64,000 nucleotides of DNA from a virus (Duplodnaviria; Caudoviricetes): IMG/VR virus record IMGVR_UViG_3300021399_003927, positions 65,492-129,491 of that record; one strand, written 5' to 3'. Below the pieces are notes generated by a model that was not told where the DNA came from, did no database searches, and worked only from the letters and a program-made list of their open reading frames with translations. The position numbers and the translations under genes are program-made. Shown here one piece after another: positions 35,230-45,208 of this stretch. Numbering within the stretch: the first letter of the stretch is position 1; each line of letters starts with the position of its first letter.

Positions 35230-35471
35230 AGTTACGAAAAAAGATTGAGATAACCAAATTTATCCCAATCTTTTAACATTATTTACCATTACCCTTAGTT
35301 TCCTTATTAGTTATTGGATTATCAACATCTTTGAATTTCCTATCTCCAGGGAAACGTTGCCTTGGGCATTTGGTTAGAGCTATTTTTATTTTCTCCATTT
35401 TTTTTTAATTTTTAAATGAGTCTTAACGACTCTTATTTTATATTCAAAATATAAGATGTTTTTAATAAAAA

Positions 35472-36557
35472 TCAAGTACTTCCCTTACTTTTTTTAACCA
35501 TCCACGTATAATCATTAAGCCAACCATTACGTTGAGCAGCTTGGTATGCAGCACCATTCTTTTTCTTGAACTCGAACTTACCACTATACTTCTTAGCCTC
35601 TTCCATTGCCTTCTCGTAAGTCCATTTCCTAGGTGTCTTAGATGTGTCGAACCAAGTATATGTATCAAGCCACTCATTACGGATACTAGCCTTATACGCT
35701 CCAGGTGCTCTCATAGCAAACTGCTTCTTAGTGCCACAAGTCTTGGCGAACTCATAACACCTCTCTTGAGTCCAATAGTCACAGTCTTCTTGGTATGGTA
35801 TAAACCAAGTATATTCATTAATCCACCCTCTCTTTCTAGACACATTGAATGCCCTCTGATATTTTTCTTCAAACTCAGACCTACAACTGCACTCTTTGGC
35901 TGCTTTGTAACAAGCATCATAAGTCCACTTACCGTTTCCTAGACCACCAACAGACCCACTATTAACACCAGTTTTGCCAACATTGATGATGTTGTACCCA
36001 TCAGCCTTATATTTGTTTTTCCAGTAGTCCTCTCTTGCTAGTCCTTCCTTAATGGTAAGATTTTCTTCAAGTATTACCATTTTAGGGACTTCTAAGCCGT
36101 GTTCTACTGAGTGTCTACGTACTGTGTCATCCTTGTCATAAAGATGCCTACTATGCCTCTCGTCTTGCCTTATCATCAATGTTCTACCAACATACACAGA
36201 GTTAGTTTCTGTGAAGATATAGCAATACACAGAATCAACCTTTGCACCATCAGCTTTAAGGTTAGGTAGCCAGCCGAACTTGTCTAGCCATCCGTTCTCC
36301 TTGCATATATCATATGCCTTTCTGTTCTTGTCGTGGAACTCCCTTCTGCTCTTATACTTCTTAGCTTCCTCATAGCAATGGTCATAATCCTTCCAATAGC
36401 CATTCACTCTCTGGCTTCTAGCCAACCAAGTAAACGTCTTCATCCATCCCTTTCCATATGCAAAGCTACAGTATGCTGGATTCTTCTTATAAAATTCTCT
36501 GAGAGTTGAATATTTCTTTGCTTCATTGAAGCATTGTTCATAGGTAATGTTAATCAT
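35472..36557 (-). CDS. GIY-YIG homing endonuclease with tandem W-rich repeats
   Basis: VYCY ... VYVGRT ... R...H, E..W, IIN; repeats WTYE.C..EAKKY..R.EF ... GWL. Confidence 0.8.
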   Translation of the reverse strand: MINITYEQCFNEAKKYSTLREFYKKNPAYCSFAYGKGWMKTFTWLARSQRVNGYWKDYDHCYEEAKKYKSRREFHDKNRKAYDICKENGWLDKFGWLPNLKADGAKVDSVYCYIFTETNSVYVGRTLMIRQDERHSRHLYDKDDTVRRHSVEHGLEVPKMVILEENLTIKEGLAREDYWKNKYKADGYNIINVGKTGVNSGSVGGLGNGKWTYDACYKAAKECSCRSEFEEKYQRAFNVSRKRGWINEYTWFIPYQEDCDYWTQERCYEFAKTCGTKKQFAMRAPGAYKASIRNEWLDTYTWFDTSKTPRKWTYEKAMEEAKKYSGKFEFKKKNGAAYQAAQRNGWLNDYTWMVKKSKGST

Positions 36558-36661
36558 ATTATAAAGAATTATACTATACCTATAAATATCTGCATACCGC
36601 CAAAAGTTCCGTTTTTTAACAAAAAAATTCACCTACATTCTCAAGTGTAGGTGAACTAAGT

Positions 36662-38014
36662 TTACTCAGCAGCTTTGATGTTCATGCGAGGTTTCATCAT
36701 ATATAGAACATTGACTGTAGGTTCTATCAGTTTGACTATTTCCTCATAAGGTTTATAAGCTTCTGGGGCTTCGTCTAACGTGGAGGCATCTGCTGTAGTT
36801 GTATATACCCCTGCTGCTGCCATTTCAGCCTTAAAGTCCTCTACGTTGAGCTGCTGATGGGCTTTCGTCCTTGAGAGTGACCTACCACAGCCGTGCGGAG
36901 CTGTATAGTTCCAATCCTCATTTGACTTACCCTCACAGATTGAAATACCATCCCTCATGTTAAATGGAATAATTACCCTTTCGCCAGCGTAAGCACGAAT
37001 AGCACCTTTACGAATCATCATATTAGGCTTACCCATAAGTGCCTTAAGGTCATAGTCGATGTAGTTATGCGTAGTGTGAATGGTATCAATTATACTTGCA
37101 CCTTTCGCCATCTTCCTATAGATGTCAACCACTTGCTCAATAATTGTCTCGTGGTTCAAACGAGCATACTCTTGTGCAAGCAATACATCAACAAGATAAC
37201 CCATAAGGTTCTCACCACTCAGATAACCTGGAATCTTCTTTGACAGATATTCCTCTTTTGCTGCTTTGATTTCTGACGCAAGGTTCTTCTTATCCGTGTT
37301 CTTTTCTTTTACGGAATCGGTAAGCATTTTCATTTCCTCTTTGGTAATCACCATGCTCTTGGCAATCTTATTCCAGTAGTTAAATACCTTTAGACCAAGA
37401 TTACGTGAGCCGCAGTGCACACAGATACAATACTTACCCAACTCATCATTTACATCATACTCAAGAAAATGATTACCACCCCCAACAGTACCGATAGACT
37501 TGAGGAACACACCGTAATCCATGTTTATCTTCTTACACCATGCCTCCAAATCCCTCTCTGTAGTCATTTCTACGCGATAAGGGGCAAGCTGTGGATAGAA
37601 TGAACACATACGGTTAAGAGCGGCGTTAAAACGCTTTATAACGAATTTGACATCTATCTTCTTCTTGTCATTGATTTCAAATCCAAAAGGAATGGCCTTT
37701 CTAATTTTGTGTTCAAACTCCTTCATTGCATCGTCACCAATAGGTTTGTCGAAAAACACAGCAGATATGGTACAACCTAAATCGCATCCCACCACTTCTG
37801 GCGAAACAAAATCATGCTCAATATCTATTGGGCAAGAAAAACCGATGACGCAACCCTTTCCTTGGTGTACATCTGGCATTATTCTTATTTTTTTATTTTT
37901 ATAAGCCATAGATTCTGCCATTTTGTATATGGTAGATAATGCTTCTTTTTCTATATTATCCGTAAATATTTTAATATCTTTACAATATTTCCCTTTCAAT
38001 TCTAATGCGTCCAT
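36662..38014 (-). CDS. rtcB: RNA ligase RtcB
   Basis: MPDVH, GCDLGC, GGGNHF, HCGSR, HNY, HGCGR, DEAPEAYK. Confidence 0.95.
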   Translation of the reverse strand: MDALELKGKYCKDIKIFTDNIEKEALSTIYKMAESMAYKNKKIRIMPDVHQGKGCVIGFSCPIDIEHDFVSPEVVGCDLGCTISAVFFDKPIGDDAMKEFEHKIRKAIPFGFEINDKKKIDVKFVIKRFNAALNRMCSFYPQLAPYRVEMTTERDLEAWCKKINMDYGVFLKSIGTVGGGNHFLEYDVNDELGKYCICVHCGSRNLGLKVFNYWNKIAKSMVITKEEMKMLTDSVKEKNTDKKNLASEIKAAKEEYLSKKIPGYLSGENLMGYLVDVLLAQEYARLNHETIIEQVVDIYRKMAKGASIIDTIHTTHNYIDYDLKALMGKPNMMIRKGAIRAYAGERVIIPFNMRDGISICEGKSNEDWNYTAPHGCGRSLSRTKAHQQLNVEDFKAEMAAAGVYTTTADASTLDEAPEAYKPYEEIVKLIEPTVNVLYMMKPRMNIKAAE

Positions 38015-38952
38015 AACTCTTTTACTATTTTATTTATGAATTTGTAACGGCAACAAAGTCCGTAACATGTTCTACTATTTTCTCTAAATTCTTTTCTTGA
38101 ACTATACTTACTAGCTTCTTCTAAACAGTTCTCGTATGTCCAATATCCATTGTTGTGTATCTTCTCCTTGAGCCAATCATACTCATCTATCCATTTGTTC
38201 TTTCTAGCTGCCCTATATGCGCCATAACAAGTTTTTTGGAACTCAGTTCTAGATGAATACTTCTTGGCTTCCTCATAGCACAATTCATATGTCCATTTTT
38301 TCAACGAGCCACCTAAAGAGCCACTATCCTTGCCAGTTTTACCTGTATTCAGAACATTTACCCCCTCCTCTCTAAGTTGCTGTACATAATGGTCTTCCAT
38401 CTTACGAGCATCTTCAGCGTTAAGGTTCTCTTCTAAAACAATTGGCTTTGGTATAGGAAGATTGTTACCATCCGCATATTTTTTAACTATACTGAGGTAT
38501 GTCTTACCGTTTTTCCTAATTTCCTTTTTGTGAGTCCTATCACGCTCTCTGAGGTCTTTGGTGAGTCCAACGTAGGCTGTATTAGTTTCTTCCCACAAAT
38601 ACTTGTATACAACATATTTCTTCGTATCTAGGTCATACACGCCCATATCGTTGACAAGCCAAGTAAAATCTTTCAACCAATCCATTTTCAAACACTTCCT
38701 GTACACCACGTAGTTGTTAGCATTGAAGTTAGAGTATGAGGTATATTTCTTAGCCTCTTCCTCACACCTCTCGTGCGTCCAGTATCCAATAGGCTTGGAA
38801 TTTGGTCTTGTCTCAAACCAGTCCTTTAACCAGCCCTTCACATATGCTTTGGCAAATGCGCCACTTTCTTTTTTTCTGAGTTCTCTAGCACTCTTACAAG
38901 TCTTAGCTAGTTCCTCGCATCTTTCGTATGTCCAATAACCGTGTGATTTCAT
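38002..38952 (-). CDS. GIY-YIG homing endonuclease with tandem W-rich repeats
   Basis: VYKY ... AYVGLT ... R...H, LN; paralog of 35472-36557. Confidence 0.8.
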   Translation of the reverse strand: MKSHGYWTYERCEELAKTCKSARELRKKESGAFAKAYVKGWLKDWFETRPNSKPIGYWTHERCEEEAKKYTSYSNFNANNYVVYRKCLKMDWLKDFTWLVNDMGVYDLDTKKYVVYKYLWEETNTAYVGLTKDLRERDRTHKKEIRKNGKTYLSIVKKYADGNNLPIPKPIVLEENLNAEDARKMEDHYVQQLREEGVNVLNTGKTGKDSGSLGGSLKKWTYELCYEEAKKYSSRTEFQKTCYGAYRAARKNKWIDEYDWLKEKIHNNGYWTYENCLEEASKYSSRKEFRENSRTCYGLCCRYKFINKIVKELWTH

Positions 38953-39008
38953 ATCTCTCTTTTAATATAAATATCATATTGGTGTAAAAAGTGTTATGTA
39001 TATTGGAT

Positions 39009-39080
39009 TTATTTTTTTATAAATTTCAAATCGGTAAAAATCTTAACGTCCTTACAATATTGTCCTTTTATTTCTAACAT
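39009..39080 (-). pseudogene. Displaced 5' fragment of rtcB
   Basis: MLEIKGQYCKDVKIFTD(LKFIKK*) versus RtcB LELKGKYCKDIKIFTD. Confidence 0.85.
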
Positions 39081-39086
39081 AATGTT

Positions 39087-39287
39087 TTATTCTTTATTAA
39101 CTGTTATAAACTTGTCTATTAAGCCACCATTGTTATTAACATAACATAGTTTTAGTTCTCCGTCTATCGTGTGAAATGAAATAGAATGGTCTTTAGGACA
39201 CTCTACTATCGCCTTGACAATCTTATCAAAATCCACATATCTTCTATCAAGCGGAAGCCATAAGTCTGAATGAGGGTATTTAACCAT
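39087..39287 (-). CDS. Hypothetical protein (start MVKYP)
   Basis: Follows promoter at ~39297. Confidence 0.6.
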   Translation of the reverse strand: MVKYPHSDLWLPLDRRYVDFDKIVKAIVECPKDHSISFHTIDGELKLCYVNNNGGLIDKFITVNKE

Positions 39288-39364
39288 TTTTTTTTGCAAA
39301 TGTACGAAAAAATTCTGAGATAGCAAAACATATCTCAGAATTTTAACATTATTTTACTGCCTAT

Positions 39365-39622
39365 TTAGAATTTAATGGTTTTGACGTAGTTTGTTCTTTT
39401 GAACTTGTTGTGAACGTCTTGAAGAAGGTCATGAGATTCTTGCTTCATCTGTCTAATAACATTTTCCAAAGCACTGATACACTCACTAGCATTGCGAAGA
39501 CTTGCGATAGCGTAGTCAAAACTACCGTTATCCTCGCCATTCCTTTTCACTTCTGTATTGGCTTGGTCAAGTCGCATGTTGAAATTGTCAACACACGCTT
39601 CAACGTAAAACTTATCTATCAT
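39365..39622 (-). CDS. Hypothetical protein
   Basis: 85-aa ORF. Confidence 0.7.
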   Translation of the reverse strand: MIDKFYVEACVDNFNMRLDQANTEVKRNGEDNGSFDYAIASLRNASECISALENVIRQMKQESHDLLQDVHNKFKRTNYVKTIKF

Positions 39623-39629
39623 AGTTGTA

Positions 39630-40535
39630 TTACATTAAATTACCGTTCTTCTCAAGAATGTTGCCATTATAAATGTCAATCACAAAAGGACGCTGCTTGC
39701 GCTTAAACTCAGAGCGTACAGAACGCATAATAACTGATTCTACAGTTTCGCGCCCATGCTTCTCACAAAGCTTCTTGAACACGCCATAGTCAAAATAATT
39801 TGCTAGCACATGGCTCTTAATCCTAGAATCAAGTCCAACCCATGCGTGCAGAATCTCATCAACATCGTCATAGGTCTTTCCTGGTGCAATCTGAGCCAAG
39901 TCACCACCAGCCTTTACACCATTGCCATCAGTAGGAATAATTGCAATTGCAGCCTCAAGTGCCTTAGAATCCTTGTAGACGTTTTCCTTCATCCACTTGG
40001 CAAGGCCATACACCTCATGCTTCCACAAGCAACCAATGGGATTGAAATCACCGTCATCGCCATGAATAGTCCAGAAGCCAAGGAAATGTTCTGTAAGGTT
40101 ATCTGTGTCAACGACAATACCACCAACCTTTGATGCTATATCGTATAGCGTGACCATACGTAAACGTGCCTTAATGTTACCTTGTGAAATTGGAGTACTA
40201 TCCAAATCACTAGAATCCTTGCAAAAACTTTCAACGGTTTCAAACGTTGACTGGAGATTAATCTCCTTAAACCTTGTACAAAATTCGTTTCCAGTTAAGG
40301 CTGCTGAACTGATTTCATCTGACCCATTTGTTGAGCAAGGCATACTAATCCCAATCAAAGGAATGTTCGATGACTTGCACAAAGCAGCAACGACTGTCGA
40401 ATCGATTCCACCACTGATACCAAGAACAAGTGTCTTGATATTATTCTTCTCACAATAAGACTTAATGCCGCTGACAAGAAGATTATACACGTTCTTGTAA
40501 TCCAATGGTTCTACTCTATAACAACTAATTTTCAT
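39630..40535 (-). CDS. nadE: NH3-dependent NAD+ synthetase
   Basis: LGISGGIDS, NIKARLRM, T.N.TE...GFWT.HGD. Confidence 0.93.
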   Translation of the reverse strand: MKISCYRVEPLDYKNVYNLLVSGIKSYCEKNNIKTLVLGISGGIDSTVVAALCKSSNIPLIGISMPCSTNGSDEISSAALTGNEFCTRFKEINLQSTFETVESFCKDSSDLDSTPISQGNIKARLRMVTLYDIASKVGGIVVDTDNLTEHFLGFWTIHGDDGDFNPIGCLWKHEVYGLAKWMKENVYKDSKALEAAIAIIPTDGNGVKAGGDLAQIAPGKTYDDVDEILHAWVGLDSRIKSHVLANYFDYGVFKKLCEKHGRETVESVIMRSVRSEFKRKQRPFVIDIYNGNILEKNGNLM

Positions 40536-40538
40536 ATG

Positions 40539-41036
40539 TTATTTGTTTATTAAATTTTCTACTGTTTTAATTCTTTTATTCTCTAAATTGTAGTTCATTG
40601 CAGTGTTATTACACTTCTTAATAAAATCATCTATTTCTACGCCATACCCAATACAATATCTGAGGTACAAGTCTGTCCTACCGCCATCACATGCTGATGG
40701 CTCGAAATCTACAACAAATTTTAAATTTAGATTTTTATCAACTGCGATATAAGCAATTAACCCACAATATCTTTTAGCTTCAATTTTAAGATGAAATTTA
40801 TCATAAGGCTTCCTAACTTGATACTCATTAGACTGCATAAAATTTTCGAACCTCTTATTGAGACTATTAACCCAATTAAGTGTAATTGGGTCATACTTAC
40901 ATTTTTTAATTAACATATTGTAATCACATAACACTTTTCCTTCGGTTTTATCCTTTTGCTCCTCGTGGTCGTTGTATATTGACACAATGCACAAAAGGAT
41001 AAAAATACCAACTCCTATTAACATAAACTGTAGCAT
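40539..41036 (-). CDS. Hypothetical protein with N-terminal TM helix
   Basis: 165-aa ORF. Confidence 0.7.
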   Translation of the reverse strand: MLQFMLIGVGIFILLCIVSIYNDHEEQKDKTEGKVLCDYNMLIKKCKYDPITLNWVNSLNKRFENFMQSNEYQVRKPYDKFHLKIEAKRYCGLIAYIAVDKNLNLKFVVDFEPSACDGGRTDLYLRYCIGYGVEIDDFIKKCNNTAMNYNLENKRIKTVENLINK

Positions 41037-41037
41037 A

Positions 41038-41685
41038 TTAACTCTTAATTATTGCGTTAATTTTATTTTTAACTTCCTCAAAATTGACACATTCATAATC
41101 AGCACCAACCAAATTCCACTCAAGTAAAGGTGTACTCAATTCATCGTCATAGTTCACCATGACAAATACCTTGTTTTCACCCTTTGTAAGCGCATCTTTC
41201 ATATCCCTTACATAGTCAGTTTCCTTTGATGATAATGGCTCTCCTCCTTCACCTTTTACCCCTAATGAATTCAACAACTTCACGCAAGACTTAACTTCAT
41301 TGCTTGAAGATAATACAAATTCAAATGAGGCATTGTTTTCTCTCATATACTTCTGAAATACTTTAGCCTTGCTCTTTAGTATCTGAAAACAAACAGTAAC
41401 TTCGCCACTTTCCTTATTTTCAGGCTTTGAATACCTAACAACTATGCTGTTGTTGCCCTTGAAATATTCAGCCGCTAGAAGCATCGTTTTTGAAAAGGCT
41501 CTTGCTGACGTAAAACTACTAGCCTTGAAAGTAATAGGCTCAACAGTGATTTCAGTTTCTTTGATTTTATCCATCACAATGTTGGCCTCTTCAAGTGCAG
41601 CCTTATTCCTAACGTCTAACTCTTCATCAGACATACAATGTGTTCTAGCCCATTCAATAAGCCATTCAGTTGTTAGATATTCCAT
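41038..41685 (-). CDS. Hypothetical protein
   Basis: 215-aa ORF. Confidence 0.75.
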   Translation of the reverse strand: MEYLTTEWLIEWARTHCMSDEELDVRNKAALEEANIVMDKIKETEITVEPITFKASSFTSARAFSKTMLLAAEYFKGNNSIVVRYSKPENKESGEVTVCFQILKSKAKVFQKYMRENNASFEFVLSSSNEVKSCVKLLNSLGVKGEGGEPLSSKETDYVRDMKDALTKGENKVFVMVNYDDELSTPLLEWNLVGADYECVNFEEVKNKINAIIKS

Positions 41686-41781
41686 ATTATTTTATGTTTT
41701 TTGCAAATATACGAAAAAAAGTTGGATTAACCAAACGATTAACCCAACTTTTAACATTATAGATAGAAAAAGTCGATTTTT

Positions 41782-43056
41782 TTAAGAATTTTTTGCAACT
41801 ATAAGGCAATAATCCTTTTTACCTTTCTGTAGAAGAACATATTTACCCCAAGGGTTAGTAAACACCGCTTTTTCATCGTTTACCTTCTCTCTGTTGACCG
41901 AAAAGCCGTTTGCCTTGATGAGCTTACGAGCCTCGGACTTTGAAGGAACTTTGTCATGCATGAGAGCTAAGTCTAGGGCTGTAATGCCGTTAATTTTATC
42001 CTTTTCAACTTCAATGGTTGTTACCTCTGACTTAATGGCTTCCCAACCATTTTCATCAAGTTCCGATACAGGCAGACCACCGAACAGAAAGTCAGTTGCT
42101 TGCTGAACTCCAACCAACGCATCCTTGCCATGCACAAGTTCAGTCATATACTTAGCAAGCTTATTCTGTAGCAAACGTTTGCTTGGGTTCTCACGATGCT
42201 GTTTAATCATTTCGTTAATCTCGTCAAGAGGAATGAGTGTAAACAGCTTAATGAAACGTTCAGAGTCTTCGTCAGACTGATTCAACCAAAATTGATAGAA
42301 TTCATATGGACTTGTCTTTTCTGCGTCAAGCCAAATATTACCCTTCTCTGACTTGCCAAACTTAGTGCCGTCAGCCTTAGTCACAAGAGGCCATGTAATC
42401 ATGCAAGCATCTGTGCCGCCAACCATCTTACGGATAAGCTCAATGCCAGTTGTACCATTACCGTATTGGTCACTACCACCAATCTGCAACTTACAGTTGT
42501 ACTTTCTGTAAAGCTCTACAAAATCGTAGCCTTGAATCAACTGATAAGTAAATTCTGTAAATGACATACCGTTGCCATCACGCTCAAGACGCTTTTTAAC
42601 GGATTCCTTTGCCATCATGTAGTTTACGCTGATACACTTGCCAACCTCACGCGCAAAATCAATGAAAGAAAAATCCTTCATCCAATCATAGTTATTCACC
42701 ATGATTGCACCATTCGGTTCGTTTGAGTTGAAATCAAGCAATTTGCTCACTTGGGCATGAATACCCTTAATGTTATGTGCCACAGTCTCAGCACTAAGCA
42801 GTTTACGTTCCTCTGCCTTAAACGAAGGGTCTCCGATAAATGCCGTAGCACCGCCTAAAAGAACGATAGGCTTATGGCCATACTTCTGCAACAGTTTAGC
42901 GGTTGTAAAGGCAAGCAAATGGCCTAAATGAAGACTATCTGCTGTAGGGTCAGTACCCACGTAAAACACGGTTGGTGTCTTTAACAATTCCTCTAGATTG
43001 CCAGAGGTGCTTGCAAGAAGACCTCTTTCTTTAAGTTCTGAAATTAATGGATTCAT
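41782..43056 (-). CDS. tyrS: Tyrosyl-tRNA synthetase
   Basis: DPTADSLHLGH, QIGGSDQYGN, KFGKS, C-terminal S4 domain. Confidence 0.96.
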   Translation of the reverse strand: MNPLISELKERGLLASTSGNLEELLKTPTVFYVGTDPTADSLHLGHLLAFTTAKLLQKYGHKPIVLLGGATAFIGDPSFKAEERKLLSAETVAHNIKGIHAQVSKLLDFNSNEPNGAIMVNNYDWMKDFSFIDFAREVGKCISVNYMMAKESVKKRLERDGNGMSFTEFTYQLIQGYDFVELYRKYNCKLQIGGSDQYGNGTTGIELIRKMVGGTDACMITWPLVTKADGTKFGKSEKGNIWLDAEKTSPYEFYQFWLNQSDEDSERFIKLFTLIPLDEINEMIKQHRENPSKRLLQNKLAKYMTELVHGKDALVGVQQATDFLFGGLPVSELDENGWEAIKSEVTTIEVEKDKINGITALDLALMHDKVPSKSEARKLIKANGFSVNREKVNDEKAVFTNPWGKYVLLQKGKKDYCLIVAKNS

Positions 43057-43396
43057 CTGTATTTTATTTTAATATTAAAGGTTTTACTACAATGTTTCTG
43101 CATAAACCACCAATCTTTTTTTCCTTATTATGGAATCAGAAATAGCGGCTAACTGTTCATATGTTAGGCTTCCCTTTTTTGTCTTAGAAGATGAATTCGT
43201 TCTATTTCTTTTCCTTTTTGATTTACTTTTCTTGAAAAAAAAGAACATGATTATATTACTATTTATTGTTTACAATTTTCAATGCAAATATATATAAAAA
43301 AAATTACAATTACAAGATAGTTAACATTGTTTAACAAAAAAAAATGAGCATAGACTTTCGTCAATGCTCATGAAAACAGTAAAAGTATAGAATCAG

Positions 43397-45070
43397 TTAC
43401 ATATTGATGTAACTCAAAATCTCTTGGTTAAGAGCCTTGGCAACAAGTTCCTCTGCGGTCATTTGACGAACTTGTCCAGTCACCTCGTCAATGACCTTTG
43501 TTTCTCCTAGGAGCAATGAAATAATCGAGCCATCATAGCCACTAAAGAAATGACATCCTGGGGTCAAAGCATTTCCCTCAAAGTCTTGCGTCCTACGTGA
43601 AGCGCAATCCCACCAAATCCACTTCATATTGTCCACAAAGTCACTTGGGAACACAGTCTTCAATGACCTTACAGAATACTCGTAGTTGGTAGGCTCTGTA
43701 CGCCTTGAACGCCAACCATAGCCAACAGGATTGAACTGCATATCACTGACAACTAGGATGGTTGTAGGATACTGCTCAAGAGGAATCTCTGGGTGCTCCT
43801 TCCTAATCTTGATGATTTCATCAACGGCAGATTGGAAGTTAGTGCCGCCACAGCCCACACTTGGAAGGTTCATGATGCGGTCACAGAATGACTCTCCCTT
43901 CATGTCGTAAGGATATGACACGTCATCGAACATGATGACCTTGTTGTGGAAAGGTCCAGTATTGAGGTCAGCGAAGAACAATGCAAGTGAACTTGCAATA
44001 TCCTCACAAGTGATGTCCTTAATACCTTCTGCTTGACGGCTCATAGAACCGCTAGTGTCAAGACAGCACCAAACGTTCTCCGTAATCTTGCCATCGGCAC
44101 GTGCCTTATCAACAAGACCCTTGAACTGAGCGTCAAGCGTGTGCTTAACCTCAATAGATATGTTCTTACTACCGCCATAGTAGCCCCTACTACCGCGTGC
44201 CTCACGCAGCTTACGAGCAAGCTCGAAAACGTAGCCTGTGAATTTGGCCACTGGCTGTGCCATAATCCACTTCGTGTACTCATCCTTCAAATTGTGGTTT
44301 GAAAGGAACTTAGAGGTCACAAGGAGATTAAGTGCACGTCCTGGAATGTGACTCCAATTCAAAGCGTCATAGTTACGAGAACAGATGAGCTTTTGGAAAT
44401 CGTGTCCATTACCACTAGTCTTGAGCTTGTTGTACTCCTTATAGGTAAGACCCATGTGCTCTGCAAACTCCTTTGCAAGACCATTGGTAATCTTAGTCCA
44501 AGGAGTCTTACACTTGCTCTGAGACTTGATGCGAGGCATATACTTCTTCACTAGGTCAACATGCGTGTCGCAAAGAAGACCTTGCGCAATAACCTCATAG
44601 ATGGTCTTACGATTAACCACATTGGTAGCCTCGTTGATGTCATAGAACATCAGAGTCCAAAGGTCTTTCCAAGAACCAACAAGAGGGAGTGCCCAAATGT
44701 TGTTGTTGAAAACCTCTGAATGCTCTTGAGCAATCCAAAGCAAACGCTTGAATGACTCGTCACGAGCACCTTGGCCGTTCTGAACCTTATCGGTCTCATT
44801 GTCAGCGTTCACCTTCACCTTACGAGTAATCATACGCAAGTAGAATGGGAAACGCAAAGCAGCCTCTGCATTCTCAGCCCAAATCTGAGCTTGGTCTGCA
44901 AACACCTCTGCAATAGGACGGCCTCTAAAATTGCCAGCCTTGCCAAACTGGTCAACAATTGCGCTGCCAGTTGATACGTTTGTTACTGCGCCATTCTCAG
45001 TCAAAGTAGTTGACTTGTAGTTAACGGCATTGATAAACGCATTTGTCTTAGTTGCTGTCTTTGTATTCAT
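43397..45070 (-). CDS. DUF2828 / TROVE(Ro60)-like protein with C-terminal vWA domain
   Basis: TENGA, GQGAR, GSWKDL, KYMPR helical region; MIDAS DTSGS, GGTNF, SDMQF. Confidence 0.8.
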   Translation of the reverse strand: MNTKTATKTNAFINAVNYKSTTLTENGAVTNVSTGSAIVDQFGKAGNFRGRPIAEVFADQAQIWAENAEAALRFPFYLRMITRKVKVNADNETDKVQNGQGARDESFKRLLWIAQEHSEVFNNNIWALPLVGSWKDLWTLMFYDINEATNVVNRKTIYEVIAQGLLCDTHVDLVKKYMPRIKSQSKCKTPWTKITNGLAKEFAEHMGLTYKEYNKLKTSGNGHDFQKLICSRNYDALNWSHIPGRALNLLVTSKFLSNHNLKDEYTKWIMAQPVAKFTGYVFELARKLREARGSRGYYGGSKNISIEVKHTLDAQFKGLVDKARADGKITENVWCCLDTSGSMSRQAEGIKDITCEDIASSLALFFADLNTGPFHNKVIMFDDVSYPYDMKGESFCDRIMNLPSVGCGGTNFQSAVDEIIKIRKEHPEIPLEQYPTTILVVSDMQFNPVGYGWRSRRTEPTNYEYSVRSLKTVFPSDFVDNMKWIWWDCASRRTQDFEGNALTPGCHFFSGYDGSIISLLLGETKVIDEVTGQVRQMTAEELVAKALNQEILSYINM

Positions 45071-45208
45071 CTTTTTTGCTGTTTTTGTTTCACGTTTAAA
45101 TTACTTTGCAAATATATGAAAAAAAATTGGAATAACCAAATAATTTAACACTTTTTTTCAAAAAAAATTGTATTTATTGTATATATAACGTTATAAATGT
45201 AATTTATT

